Sequence record: CP113993.1
Reading direction: 5' to 3' (one strand)
DNA: 64,000 nt
From: a plasmid
Numbering within the stretch: position 1 is the first letter of the stretch; the number at the start of each line of letters is the position of its first letter. Under the pieces are notes generated by a model. The model was given only the letters and a program-made list of their open reading frames with translations, was not told the origin of the DNA and made no database searches. Made by a program: the position numbers and the translations under genes. Below, piece by piece: positions 28,486-38,269 of this stretch.

Positions 28486-28920
28486 ATGAAAACTGAACTG
28501 ACCCTGAATGCCCTGCAGTCCATGAACGCACAGGAATATGAAGATATCCGTGCTGCGGGAAGCGATATGCGCCGTAATCTCACTCACGAGGTGATGCGTG
28601 AAGTGGACGCACCGGCTAACTGGATGATGAATGGCGAGTATGGCAGTGAGTTCGGGGGCTTTTTCCCCGTCCAGGTTCGTTTCACGCCAGCCCACGAACG
28701 TTTCCACCTGGCATTATGTTCGCCGGGAGACGTCTCTCAGCTCTGGATGCTGGTTCTGGTGAATGGTGGTGGACAGCCTTTCGCCGTCGTTCAGGTGCAA
28801 CATATCTTCACGCCTGTCGCTATCAGTCACACGCTGGCGCTTGCCGCGACACTTGATGCGCAGGGGTACAGTGTTAACGACATCATCCATATCCTGATGG
28901 CAGAAGGAGGTCAGGCATGA
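28486..28920 (+). CDS. psiB: Plasmid SOS inhibition protein PsiB
   Basis: Near-identity to F PsiB across [27 protein letters not shown]...[36 protein letters not shown]. Confidence 0.95.
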   Translation: MKTELTLNALQSMNAQEYEDIRAAGSDMRRNLTHEVMREVDAPANWMMNGEYGSEFGGFFPVQVRFTPAHERFHLALCSPGDVSQLWMLVLVNGGGQPFAVVQVQHIFTPVAISHTLALAATLDAQGYSVNDIIHILMAEGGQA

Positions 28921-29178
28921 GCGCACGTTCACGGGCACTGATCCCCCTCAGCGCAGAGCAACAGGCCGCCATGCAGGCTGTGGCTGTCACCGAACAACGT
29001 CGTCGTCAGGGACGCACACTTTCAGCATGGCCTTATGCCAGCGCTTTCTTTCGCTGCCTGAATGGCAGTCGCCGGATTTCGCTGACCGATCTCCGCTTTT
29101 TTGCTCCTGCGCTGACGAAGGAGGAATTTCATGGCAACCGTCTCCTGTGGCTGGCTGCCGTGGATAAACTGATTGAAA
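28917..29178 (+). pseudogene. psiA: psiA 5' fragment (codons 1 to about 87), interrupted by the ISEcp1 transposition unit
   Basis: [62 protein letters not shown]...LIE matches the PsiA N-terminus. The frame runs into inserted AT-rich DNA. Confidence 0.85.
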
Positions 29179-29265
29179 CCCATATAATGCGCCTACTTAT
29201 CAGCCTTTGGGACGTTGGGACGGTATTTTTCACTATATACCCCCAAGTTTTTAGACATGAAAAAA

Positions 29266-29297
29266 GCTCGATATATTATAAATATATCGAGCCTTTA
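29266..29297 (-). terminator. Rho-independent terminator downstream of the MBL-fold gene (GCTCGATATATT...AATATATCGAGC followed by T-run on the minus strand)
   Basis: A perfect 12-bp stem is followed by TTTTTTCAT on the minus strand. Confidence 0.5.
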
Positions 29298-29402
29298 AGT
29301 TACTGTTTTTCAATATCGTTCAAAATCTTGATAATTACAGTATACGGTTTTATGAAGTGGTATATTTGCAAATGCTTATTTTGCAAGGTCTATTTGCTTG
29401 AT

Positions 29403-30044
29403 TTATCCTACAATCGTAATGCAAAACCCATGACCGGAAGCAACGAACTTAGGTTCAATCTCACTCAAATCCGAGGATAGCTTTTGTCCGGATTCTTGAT
29501 TGGGCAATGTATCTGCGCCGCTTGATTTTACCGCTGCGTCCCAACTGCTTTCGATAACTTGTCCGTGATTCTCACCCATGCCGAACATGAGGTCGCTGCT
29601 AAAGAAAATACCACGTTTCTTTTCAAAAAATAAAAGTCCTTCCCACATATGCATTTCAGATGGGTAACTGATAGTTTGAAATTCAAAATCATCTCCGGCA
29701 AATATTTCATTCGGCTTTTTAATAAGCACATTGTTAGTAATACCAAACCCCATCAGTTGTCTTGCTGTGGTTTCGGAACAAACCGCGACAGCTTCGGGAT
29801 GTTCTTTGAGAACCAAAGCAAGTCCGCCACATTCGTCTGATTCAAAATGAGAAATTAGAATGTATTTTATTTTGCGTTCACCGAGCAACTCTTGCAACTT
29901 AGGAATGGTAGTTTGCGCTTGTGATACGGCTCCGGTCTGAATGAGAACAGGCTCATTTGTCATCAATAAGTATTGGTGCATTGAAAGCTTAATCGGCTCC
30001 ATTACCTCTGTAAATTGGTATAAATCTTTGATAATCTCTGTCAT
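29403..30044 (-). CDS. MBL-fold protein resembling the diiron N-terminal domain of flavodiiron proteins (standalone, no flavodoxin domain); cargo gene of the ISEcp1 unit
   Basis: KYILISHFESDECGG occupies the position of the FDP H-x-E-x-D-H motif, and SYPSEMHMWEGLLFF...IFFSSDLMFGMG resembles FDP. There is no signal peptide. The gene is AT-rich and starts 33 bp downstream of the ISEcp1 IRR. Confidence 0.65.
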   Translation of the reverse strand: MTEIIKDLYQFTEVMEPIKLSMHQYLLMTNEPVLIQTGAVSQAQTTIPKLQELLGERKIKYILISHFESDECGGLALVLKEHPEAVAVCSETTARQLMGFGITNNVLIKKPNEIFAGDDFEFQTISYPSEMHMWEGLLFFEKKRGIFFSSDLMFGMGENHGQVIESSWDAAVKSSGADTLPNQESGQKLSSDLSEIEPKFVASGHGFCITIVG

Positions 30045-30076
30045 TGTCAAAACACCTTTTTCTATTTATAGTCTAA

Positions 30077-31732
30077 CCTAAATTCCACGTGTGTTTTTTA
30101 TTAGCTTCAAAAATCACTATTTCACGAAGAATTTAGACTGCTTCTCACACATTGTAACATTATTTACAACCACCTTTCAATCATTTTTGATAAATCATTG
30201 ATTTCATCTTTGCTGCAATGATACTTAATAAACTCTGCAAGTTATCCACAGAGCAACACTCAATTTTATTGATGATATTCTTATTATACCAGACATTTTT
30301 CATACACTCCCTTGTACGGATAGTTTTCCGACAACTTCATGATTACATATCTTGCGGTTTTGATTATTTTTGCTGCAAGAAATACATACTTCAAACGAAA
30401 GGTCTTTATTTGCTGTCTGTATTCTGAAGAGTCCAAGGAATCAAACTTGAACAACAAAAATAGGTTATATGAAAGCATCATCATTTGAAACACGGCTTCA
30501 TTCGCCCAAAATGACTTTAGCAAGAGATGACCCACCGCCATGTCGTATTTGGCTTCTTTGATATAGTTTTCAGCATTACCACGCTTTTCATAGTATATAA
30601 CTACTTTTTCAGAAAGCAAGGTAGTATTTGTTACAAAGAAAAAGTAGTCGTATTCGGAACCTTCTAAAAGTGATAATTGTGCTCTTTCTTTTTCTGGTTT
30701 CAGTACGCGAGATACGACAAATCTTCTGTCTTTTTCCCATTTAACTAATTTTGTATACAGTTCTGTAGTTTCTCTACCTTCTTCTCCTTTAACGAATACA
30801 ATTGATGAATTCGTTGCTTGTGAGGTGAGTGTAGAATAACTTTTGGCTTTAATTAAATATTTGCATCCAAGAGATTCTATCGTTTCGATAATTTTTTCAT
30901 CAAAGTAGCCACTATCCATTCGAAATAAAATTTCTAAATCGTCTGATTTGATGTTAGCAACAATTTCTTTGATCATTTCCGCAGCACCGTTTGCAGTGTA
31001 AGTATTGCCACTTCTTACAAATCCGGTAACATATGCTTTTAATTCGTCGCAAAATGCAAATTGGATATTGTAGCATCGGTTTCCCAGTTTCTTAGGATTA
31101 TATCCTTTTGACGCACCTTCTTGATGACCTTCTACGTTAATTACACTACTATCAATATCAATCGTAATGGATGTCAATTTACTTTTAGTGAGCAGTTTTT
31201 TAAAGACTTTAAAATTAATGTCTCTAAACATTTGGGTTGTCTTGAAGTTGAAGTTTCCTAGAAACCGTGACACTGTTTCAGGTTCTTTTACGGAAATATC
31301 AAACTCGTTGACGAGGGGATCATTTTGAAGTAGCTTTAGACGTTCTAACTTATCAATGCCAATGAAGTGACCGCAGAGCATGGTCTTTATATGATTCATC
31401 TTGATTTTATTTGTTGAGTCATTATCAAATACGAGGTCATTTTCAATAAAATCAAAAATCCCATTGCTTTTTGCATTCTCAAGGAGCAGAAAAAGACCTG
31501 CATTTGATGTTAGATTCTTAGCTTTGAAATCAATTTTATTAATCATAATTAGAACCCCTTTTTACTACTTTTCTTACTATTATTTTACCATATATCGAGT
31601 CATAAAAGCTGATAATTTAACATATTTTTGAGCACTTTTCTTTCACCCAATGGGTGAAAGCTGAATTTCGAAGGAATGCATATTTATCAAGGCTTTGATT
31701 ATGCTTTTTGAAGTACTGACGTAGAATCTAGG
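30077..31732 (-). mobile_element. ISEcp1 (IS1380 family), complete 1656 bp: IRR CCTAAATTCCACGTGTGT at 30077-30094, IRL CCTAGATTCTACGTCAGTAC (reverse complement) at 31713-31732
   Basis: Both IRs are recognised, and the internal sequence with the AT-rich 5' leader matches ISEcp1. Confidence 0.95.
30284..31546 (-). CDS. tnpA: ISEcp1 transposase
   Basis: The 420-aa product begins MINKIDFKAKNLTSNAGLFLLLENAKSNGIFDFIEND. Confidence 0.95.
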   Translation of the reverse strand: MINKIDFKAKNLTSNAGLFLLLENAKSNGIFDFIENDLVFDNDSTNKIKMNHIKTMLCGHFIGIDKLERLKLLQNDPLVNEFDISVKEPETVSRFLGNFNFKTTQMFRDINFKVFKKLLTKSKLTSITIDIDSSVINVEGHQEGASKGYNPKKLGNRCYNIQFAFCDELKAYVTGFVRSGNTYTANGAAEMIKEIVANIKSDDLEILFRMDSGYFDEKIIETIESLGCKYLIKAKSYSTLTSQATNSSIVFVKGEEGRETTELYTKLVKWEKDRRFVVSRVLKPEKERAQLSLLEGSEYDYFFFVTNTTLLSEKVVIYYEKRGNAENYIKEAKYDMAVGHLLLKSFWANEAVFQMMMLSYNLFLLFKFDSLDSSEYRQQIKTFRLKYVFLAAKIIKTARYVIMKLSENYPYKGVYEKCLV

Positions 31733-31737
31733 TGAAA

Positions 31738-32195
31738 GTTTTGGTGAAGTCTGTGTTCTTCCCCTGCCATCCGATGCGGGGCATCGTCTGTTCCCGTCCG
31801 TTCCTTTTCGTGAAGGTGAGCGGCGTCGTCAGAAAACCACGCTGACAGAGCAGAAATACAGCCGCCAGCGGGAACGTGAGGCAGAACGACGGGAACTGGA
31901 ATACCAGACATGTTTTGCTCAGGCGCAGATTGACCTTGCGTTTCATACTCCCGCCACGGTCGGAAGCTGGTTGTCCCGCTGGTCTGGTGTTGTTGAGGAG
32001 CATGATCTGGAAACGATTTTCTGGGGGTGGTGCGGGCGTTTTCCATCACTGTCATCATTTGACCGGTTTTTCTGGCAGGAGGAACCACTCTGGCGGCTGA
32101 TTTTTGAAGCCGGTGAGGCCGGTCGTGGTGCACCGGTACAGGTACGTGCACTTGAGCAGTGGATGATCCCGAACAAGCTGGAGAACGCAATATGA
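31738..32195 (+). pseudogene. psiA: psiA 3' fragment
   Basis: The frame reads ...CVLPLPSDAGHRLFPSVPFREGERRRQ..., ending WMIPNKLENAI. It matches the PsiA C-terminal part. Confidence 0.8.
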
Positions 32196-32788
32196 TGAAA
32201 TCAGACGAACAATATCAGGTTCCCGTGTGGATGCGACCTCTGTTGCCGTTGCTCTGCAATACCGGTGGTAATGATCCGGAGGAACTGCTGAATGATACAG
32301 AAACCACCGCCAGTGCGAATATTGTCCGTTATGTACTGATAGTTGCAGTGCGGTCGCAGATTGATCTGCTGCAGCTACTGTACAGGAAAGGACTGTTGCG
32401 CACAGAGATACCAGGTGGCTTTTCACCGGAAGAAGCGCAGGAACTCCTGGATAATTTGGTGCGCAGCCATATCAGCAAGGCGCTGTCGGGTGAGCGAATG
32501 GCAGCCCGTGACAGAAATGCCGATCTGACCTGGATTCGCCAGCAACTGGTCGATGCCGCCTGGTTTGTCCGTGCCACACTGGAAGCGCATGGGATGGGCG
32601 TCGGAAATGAGAGTCCCTCTGCTCCGCCGGAGACAATGCCGGACATACAGACACGGGAACTGGTTATGTTGATCAAGCGACTGGCATCATCGCTGAAAGC
32701 GGTGAAACCCGACAGTAGCGTGGTGCGTGAAGCGCAGGACTGGCTGTGCGACAGAAAACTTGTGGATATCACAGATATTCTCCGGTGA
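32192..32788 (+). CDS. Hypothetical leading-region protein (198 aa), start overlapping the psiA stop
   Basis: ATGATG overlaps the TGA of psiA. Confidence 0.45.
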   Translation: MMKSDEQYQVPVWMRPLLPLLCNTGGNDPEELLNDTETTASANIVRYVLIVAVRSQIDLLQLLYRKGLLRTEIPGGFSPEEAQELLDNLVRSHISKALSGERMAARDRNADLTWIRQQLVDAAWFVRATLEAHGMGVGNESPSAPPETMPDIQTRELVMLIKRLASSLKAVKPDSSVVREAQDWLCDRKLVDITDILR

Positions 32789-32889
32789 ACCAGACATGTA
32801 TATTTTACGCAGGGACACGCCGATCATGATCGTTTCATATCAGGGGTGGTCTGGAGGTCATGCGGCGTGTCCTCTGCACTCGCCGGAAT

Positions 32890-33243
32890 AAGGAAGTCGC
32901 CGGCGGCTCCGCTTTTACCCGGCCATGCGGGGCATGGCCTTGTGGGTTTTCAGCTCTGTGGCCTCAGCGTCGTGTGCGGGCTGTGCCGTGCCTCCATCTT
33001 AGCCGGGCTGGCGTTGATGCAAGGGTACGCTTCGCCGCTGCGGTCACCCGGTCCCTCCTTCCCGTCTGCCGTGATTTTCCGGTCGTTCACCCGCTCAGAT
33101 TTCGCGGTCTCACCCTCCAACTCCCGCCAGCCGTGTGCGTCAGGCTGCGGCTTCCCTTGCGCCCTGTGCATCCCCGCCTTATCGCCCGGCTTTTATGGAG
33201 GCACGGCACCGCCCGGTGCCGCAGAACATGTGACTATGGAGGA
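32890..33243 (+). repeat. Frpo/ssi-type single-strand promoter repeat, family 1 (copy B), upstream of ardA
   Basis: About 95% identical to 23385-23738. Confidence 0.6.
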
Positions 33244-33249
33244 TTCGGG

Positions 33250-33751
33250 AATGTCTGTTGTTGCACCTGCTGTATACGTTGGAACCTGGCACAAATACAA
33301 CTGTGGAAGCATCGCCGGACGCTGGTTTGACCTGACCACGTTTGATGATGAGCGCGACTTTTTCGCCGCCTGCCGTGCTCTTCACCAGGATGAAGCCGAT
33401 CCTGAACTGATGTTTCAGGATTATGAGGGATTCCCGGGGAATATGGCCTCTGAATGCCATATCAACTGGGCCTGGGTTGAAGGCTTCCGCCAGGCACGGG
33501 ATGAAGGCTGCGAAGAGGCTTATCGTCTCTGGGTGGAGGATACCGGTGAGACGGATTTTGACACCTTCCGCGATGCCTGGTGGGGCGAGGCTGACAGTGA
33601 GGAGGCTTTTGCGGTTGAGTTCGCCAGTGATACCGGCCTGCTGGCTGACGTGCCGGAGACGGTGGCGCTCTATTTTGACTATGAGGCGTATGCGCGGGAT
33701 TTATTCCTGGACTCCTTCACCTTTATTGACGGTCATGTGTTCCGTCGGTGA
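33250..33751 (+). CDS. ardA: Anti-restriction protein ArdA (type I R-M inhibitor, DNA mimic)
   Basis: [34 protein letters not shown]...FIDGHVFRR matches ColIb-P9 ArdA (166 aa). The RBS is GGAGGA. Confidence 0.95.
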
Positions 33752-33789
33752 TTTACTCCCCCGCTCCGGCGGGGGTATGGCCTGCCAGG

Positions 33790-34475
33790 CCGCCGGAAAA
33801 CCCTGGCAGGCTTACGCCTGCCTGAAATGCAGGAGGGCCGCGCCTGCGGCGCTGCCCTTCCTGCCCGTCATGGTGTGAGGCATTTTTCTGTTATGTCGTT
33901 TCTGTTGTTCTGATTTCCGGAGGCGGGGACACCTTCGGCTCCCGGCTGCCTGGCGGCATCCGGTCGTCAGGCCCGACTCCGACAGGCAGCTGCTGGCGCA
34001 CCCGCCAGTCTCCGCCGAACCCGCTGGCGCGGTTTCGGGCTGCCGCTACGGTCCGATGTCTGAAAAACCAGGCTTGCAGCGACCGTTCCGGTCGCGCCGC
34101 CCCTGTCGCGCCGGAAACGGCGCTCCCTGCACACCTGACGGTGTGTAAGGCCACTGCGCCTGATGGCGCAGTCAACCCTTCCGCCGCCACCCCTGCGGCC
34201 TGTTTCCCGCTGTGGACTTTCCGGGGGCTGGAGTAACCACATCCCGTTTCAGCTGTCCAGGGGAAGATATACCGTCCACAAAATTTTTAGCCATAAACCC
34301 GGCAAAAAATTTTGCGTCCGCCCCCGGACAGCTGCCCCGTGACGTGGTGACGGACGCCCCATCGGAAAGGTCCACTGCGGGGAGAAACCCCGAAGAAGTG
34401 GACGGCAGAAGGGGCTTTCGCCCCTCCGGGGAGCAACCGGTCGGCCCGGCGACCTGATTCAGCAGAAGGAGACGT
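33790..34475 (+). repeat. Frpo/ssi-type single-strand promoter repeat, family 2 (copy B)
   Basis: It shares a 130-bp block and more with 24845-25590. Confidence 0.6.
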
Positions 34476-34479
34476 TTTC

Positions 34480-34914
34480 ATGACTGTCAGCAGCACGATT
34501 TCCGTTTTTTGCCGCGACGGGGTGTTCCGTACCGTTTACTGCCACCTGCACGGTGAGCCGACCTGGAACGGTCGCATCCTGCATACCCACTATGCCACCG
34601 GTCAGCAGGCCGAAGCCCTGGTTGAACACGGTGATATCCGTTGCCTCGGTCCCCGTTGCGACAAACCCGCCGGGCATACGCTTCAGAACCCGGTGGACGG
34701 TGTGACGGCTTATTACGGACGTGACAGTGGTTTCCGGATGGACAGTGAGGCGCGTGAGTACCGTTCTTTCAGGGAGGCTATTGCCACTGAAAGCACTGAA
34801 GAGGTGCGCTTCCATTATGTGTTCATCGACGGCTACTGGAAGGTGATGTACCGCACGCCGGAAGGCTGGAAGATGAAAGCGCTCGCGCTGGCACTGCGTC
34901 GCTGTCCGAAATGA
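34480..34914 (+). CDS. Hypothetical leading-region protein (144 aa, Cys/His-containing N-terminus)
   Basis: It follows an Frpo-like element, and its RBS is AAGGAGA. Confidence 0.5.
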   Translation: MTVSSTISVFCRDGVFRTVYCHLHGEPTWNGRILHTHYATGQQAEALVEHGDIRCLGPRCDKPAGHTLQNPVDGVTAYYGRDSGFRMDSEAREYRSFREAIATESTEEVRFHYVFIDGYWKVMYRTPEGWKMKALALALRRCPK

Positions 34915-35007
34915 AAAAAAGGCAGGGCGATAAACCCTGCCTCTCTCCGCCGGCGCTTCCCCGCCAGGAAGTCCGGCATCTCAATCACTATCTATGGAGA
35001 TTATGCC

Positions 35008-35274
35008 ATGAGACCATCAATTATCTTCGCAACCGCCGAGTATGTAAAGCGTCTGCGTGAAGAGTGCCTGCGGGAGAATAAACCCCTGCACCGCCATACC
35101 CGCTTCAGACGTCAGGAGCTGGCACAGGATGAGATTAACCCGGACGTCCTGGCGATGAGCGGCCATATCGCCAGACGCTGCAGTGAGCAGAAGCGGGTGC
35201 GTATCCCCGCTATGAAAGTCAGCGAATGGGGCCACCTGCTCCGCGCGCTTGAAATTGAGCGGGTCTGCCACTGA
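35008..35274 (+). CDS. Hypothetical small protein (88 aa)
   Basis: ORF with an RBS. Confidence 0.4.
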   Translation: MRPSIIFATAEYVKRLREECLRENKPLHRHTRFRRQELAQDEINPDVLAMSGHIARRCSEQKRVRIPAMKVSEWGHLLRALEIERVCH

Positions 35275-35338
35275 TTAACCCTTGCCGTCTGCCTGTGCAG
35301 GCGGCAGGATACGTTCAGACATCTCACCAGGAGGAACC

Positions 35339-36253
35339 GTGAGTAAGAAGAAGACCACCACGACGCCCACGCCGCATGATGCCGCGTTCCGGTCGTTCCT
35401 GGCGAATCCCGACGTCGCCAGAGATTTTCTGGAACTGCATCTTCCGGCGGAGTACCGGCAGTTGTGCGACCTGTCCACGCTGAAGCTGGAACCCGCCACC
35501 TTTGTTGAGCCGGACCTGCATCAGTACGCCAGCGATATCCTCTGGAGTGTGAAAACCACCGGGGGTGAAGATGGCTATGTTTATACGCTCATCGAGCACC
35601 AGAGCACCGAAAATCTGTACATGCCTTTCCGCATGTTACGTTACAGTGTGGCGGCGATGCAGAGACATCTGGAGCAGCACAAAACGTTGCCACTGGTCAT
35701 TCCGGTGCTGTTCTATCACGGTGAGCGCAGCCCGTACCCGTACAGCATGAACTGGCTGGACTGTTTTGAGAATCCGGCGCTTGCGGCTAAAATATACACA
35801 AAGCCGTTTCCGCTGGTTGATATCACTGTCGTTGATGACAATGAAATCATGAACCATCGCCGGATGGCCGCACTGACGCTGCTGATGAAGCATATCCGCC
35901 ATCGTGACATGATGGAGCTGCTGGACAAACTCCCGCAGGTCATGGTGGAAATTTCAGACGAGCAGGTGCGTGTTCTGATTCATTACATCGTTAACGCAGG
36001 GGACTCTGTATCACCGGAATTTATGCGGGCGCTGGCTGAGCGTCTGCCGCAGCATGAGGATAAACTGATGACTATCGCAGAACGTCTTGAGCAAAAAGGT
36101 CGCCAGGAAGGCAGGATGGAAGGACGCATGGAAGGAGCGCTTGAAAAAGCCCTGGCTATTGCGTGCCAGCTTCAGAAAATGGGGATGACGCCGGAGCAGA
36201 TTAAGCAGGCTACCGGACTTTCCGATGACGAACTGAAGAAAATCACTCACTGA
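35339..36253 (+). CDS. Rpn-family (YhgA-like) recombination-promoting PD-(D/E)XK nuclease
   Basis: The product starts at GTG after a GGAGGAA RBS. It carries N-terminal PHDAAFRSFL and D..W..K motifs typical of the Rpn/transposase_31 family, with a C-terminal repeat tail. Confidence 0.75.
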   Translation: MSKKKTTTTPTPHDAAFRSFLANPDVARDFLELHLPAEYRQLCDLSTLKLEPATFVEPDLHQYASDILWSVKTTGGEDGYVYTLIEHQSTENLYMPFRMLRYSVAAMQRHLEQHKTLPLVIPVLFYHGERSPYPYSMNWLDCFENPALAAKIYTKPFPLVDITVVDDNEIMNHRRMAALTLLMKHIRHRDMMELLDKLPQVMVEISDEQVRVLIHYIVNAGDSVSPEFMRALAERLPQHEDKLMTIAERLEQKGRQEGRMEGRMEGALEKALAIACQLQKMGMTPEQIKQATGLSDDELKKITH

Positions 36254-36314
36254 GTAAACATCACAGCCCGGCAAAATGCCGGGCTTTTTTGTCAGCAGGA
36301 GCAGAGCAAACAGC

Positions 36315-36473
36315 ATGACGATTGCAGAACGTCTTATTCAAAAAGGCGCACTTGAAGTGGCGCGGGAAATAGCCTGCCGGCTGCGGGATATGGGCTGGAC
36401 GCCGGAACGGATTCAGGAGGCAACCGGACTTTCCGGTGAAGAACTGAAAAAGCTGTTTCCTGATGAGCAGTAG
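36315..36473 (+). CDS. Small ORF duplicating the Rpn C-terminal tail domain (MTIAERLIQKG...LSGEELKKLF)
   Basis: About 50 aa, paralogous to residues about 270-320 of the upstream Rpn (MTIAERLEQKG...LSDDELKKITH). Confidence 0.4.
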   Translation: MTIAERLIQKGALEVAREIACRLRDMGWTPERIQEATGLSGEELKKLFPDEQ

Positions 36474-36503
36474 CCTGGCATTCAGCCAGGCTGTGAATCA
36501 CGC

Positions 36504-36755
36504 TCACACATCCTCTGCCGTTTCCCCCAGTTCATTTTCCAGTCGCCTGATGATATCTGCCTTACGCATCCCCTGCATGTGAGGCAGCAGGTCACGGACT
36601 GAAAGTGCCTGGGTGGTCCTCCAGACGGTGACGTCCACCTGTTCCGCATTTTCCCAGGCGTGCCATGTTCTCTGCGTCACGCCAAATTCTCTGGCCGCTT
36701 TTTCGCGTGACCAGAGCATGCTTTTTCGCCAGATTCGCAGTTCCCAGCCGGTCAT
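36504..36755 (-). CDS. Hypothetical small protein with possible HTH (83 aa)
   Basis: ORF on the opposite strand. Confidence 0.4.
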   Translation of the reverse strand: MTGWELRIWRKSMLWSREKAAREFGVTQRTWHAWENAEQVDVTVWRTTQALSVRDLLPHMQGMRKADIIRRLENELGETAEDV

Positions 36756-36949
36756 AAAACACCTTTGAAAAAGTGAAAAAACTTCACTTTATTTTATCAT
36801 CACAATTGCCAAATCAGCGCGATAAATAAGTGTAAAAAAGTGAAGAAATTTCATTTTTTTTGCTTGTAAATGTCGTGCGGTTTTCTCTGTTTTCACCTGT
36901 GCGGGAGTGGTGTGCCAGTGACCACCACATGCCATTGTTGTGCCGTCGT

Positions 36950-37330
36950 TTTTCTTCAGTCGCGCCGTATGCGGCGCTCCCTGCACACCTTACGGTGTGT
37001 AAGGCCACTGCGCCTGATGGCGCAGCTGTCTCTGCCTGTCTGCCGCCGCACTGCGGCCTGTTCTCCGCAGACGGACTTTCCGGGGGTACATACATGACCA
37101 CATCCCGTTTCAGTCGTCCAGGGGAGAGATGTACCAGCCACAAAACTTTTTGCCGCAGGCGTCAAAAACTTTTGCGTCTGCCCCCGGACAACTGCCCCGT
37201 GACGTGGTGAGCGTCCCCCGTCGGAAAGGTCCACTGCGGGGAAATCCCCGAAGACCCGGACGGCAGAAGGAGCTTCGCTCCTCCGGGAAATGACCTGGCT
37301 GACCCGGCAGTCGTGACGATGAGGAGACAA
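36950..37330 (+). repeat. Frpo/ssi-type single-strand promoter repeat, family 2 (copy C, shorter)
   Basis: It shares CTCCCTGCACACCT.ACGGTGTGTAAGGCCACTGCGCCTGATGGCGCAG and CCCCCGGACA.CTGCCCCGTGACGTGGTGA blocks with copy B. Confidence 0.55.
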
Positions 37331-37334
37331 TGTG

Positions 37335-38183
37335 ATGAATCAGACTTTACCCACTGCTGACCTGAATACTGCCGGCACGACAGATGTTATTCCGTCTGTG
37401 GCTATCGACCGCATCATCGCGCAGCGTAACGAAGGTATTGCACTGTTCATGCAGGCGATGGAATGCCTGGCGACAGCGCGCAAGATTCTGCTCGATGCGT
37501 CAGGTGATATTTTTCTTTACGGGTTTGAAGACTGCGTGACTGATTCCGTTCGTCGCATAGATAAACCGGAAGAAGCGAAAAGGAATATCACCCGTCTTGC
37601 CGACCGGAAAATCTGGGACCGCCTGATGACAGATACGGGCATGTACACCTTCATGAGTTCATGCCAGCGTGATGAGTGGAATAGCCAGCTGATGAGCGAC
37701 ACCTGTCCTGAAATCACCCTGGACAATGTACTGGCAACATTCCGCCATCTGAATGCCAGCAAGATGCAGACATTTGAACAGGGACTGATTGATGTCTACC
37801 GGAAATTGTCATGGGATTACAGAACCAATAATCCCTGCCGTCTGGGCAAGAGAATCATTATTGAAAACATGCTGTACCGCTGGAGTAACGGACGTGTGAC
37901 GCTGGACTGCAGCGGACGGGAGGCACTGGATGACCTGGTACGTCCTTTTTATCTGCTGGAGGGGCGCAACGTTCCTGACTTCCGGAGCAGCATCGGGGCG
38001 CAGTATGGTGAATTTCTCGGGAACGGCGATAATGTCGGTAAGCTGTTAGAAGGGGAATATTTTACGGTGCGTGGCTACCAGAAAGGGACCGTACACATTG
38101 TCTTTAAGCGTTCTGACCTTGTTGAAAAACTGAATGATATTATTGCACGGCATTATCCTGGTGCATTGCCGCCACGAGTCTGA
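37335..38183 (+). CDS. Hypothetical leading-region protein (about 282 aa)
   Basis: It follows an Frpo-like element, and its RBS is GAGGAGA. Confidence 0.5.
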   Translation: MNQTLPTADLNTAGTTDVIPSVAIDRIIAQRNEGIALFMQAMECLATARKILLDASGDIFLYGFEDCVTDSVRRIDKPEEAKRNITRLADRKIWDRLMTDTGMYTFMSSCQRDEWNSQLMSDTCPEITLDNVLATFRHLNASKMQTFEQGLIDVYRKLSWDYRTNNPCRLGKRIIIENMLYRWSNGRVTLDCSGREALDDLVRPFYLLEGRNVPDFRSSIGAQYGEFLGNGDNVGKLLEGEYFTVRGYQKGTVHIVFKRSDLVEKLNDIIARHYPGALPPRV

Positions 38184-38269
38184 TTAAACAGAAAAGCCCT
38201 GGTATTTATGCCGGGGCTTTTTTTTTCTGTAATCATCATAATCTCAGAACACGATGTGACATTGTCACA

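Larger units (their letters stand above)
29179..31732 (-). mobile_element. ISEcp1 transposition unit (ISEcp1 plus 898 bp of mobilised downstream DNA) flanked by a 5-bp TSD TGAAA (29174-29178 and 31733-31737)
   Basis: Removing the insert and one TSD copy restores an in-frame psiA (KLIESFGEVCVLPLP, against F PsiA RLIETSGELCLLPLP). The outer boundary CCCATATAATGCGCCTAC is a degenerate IRR-like end. Confidence 0.85.

Noticed and set aside
29403-30044. MBL-fold cargo gene as a metallo-beta-lactamase carried by ISEcp1
   Set aside because: It has no signal peptide, is too short, and its motif pattern is flavodiiron-like (H-x-E-x-D) rather than B1/B3 HxHxD with a secretion signal. I retain it as an MBL-fold protein of unknown function.
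32846-33249. N-terminal extension of the ardA ORF (301-aa version)
   Set aside because: The extension runs through the Frpo repeat. The true ArdA start, [11 protein letters not shown] at 33250, has a GGAGGA RBS and matches the known 166-aa protein.
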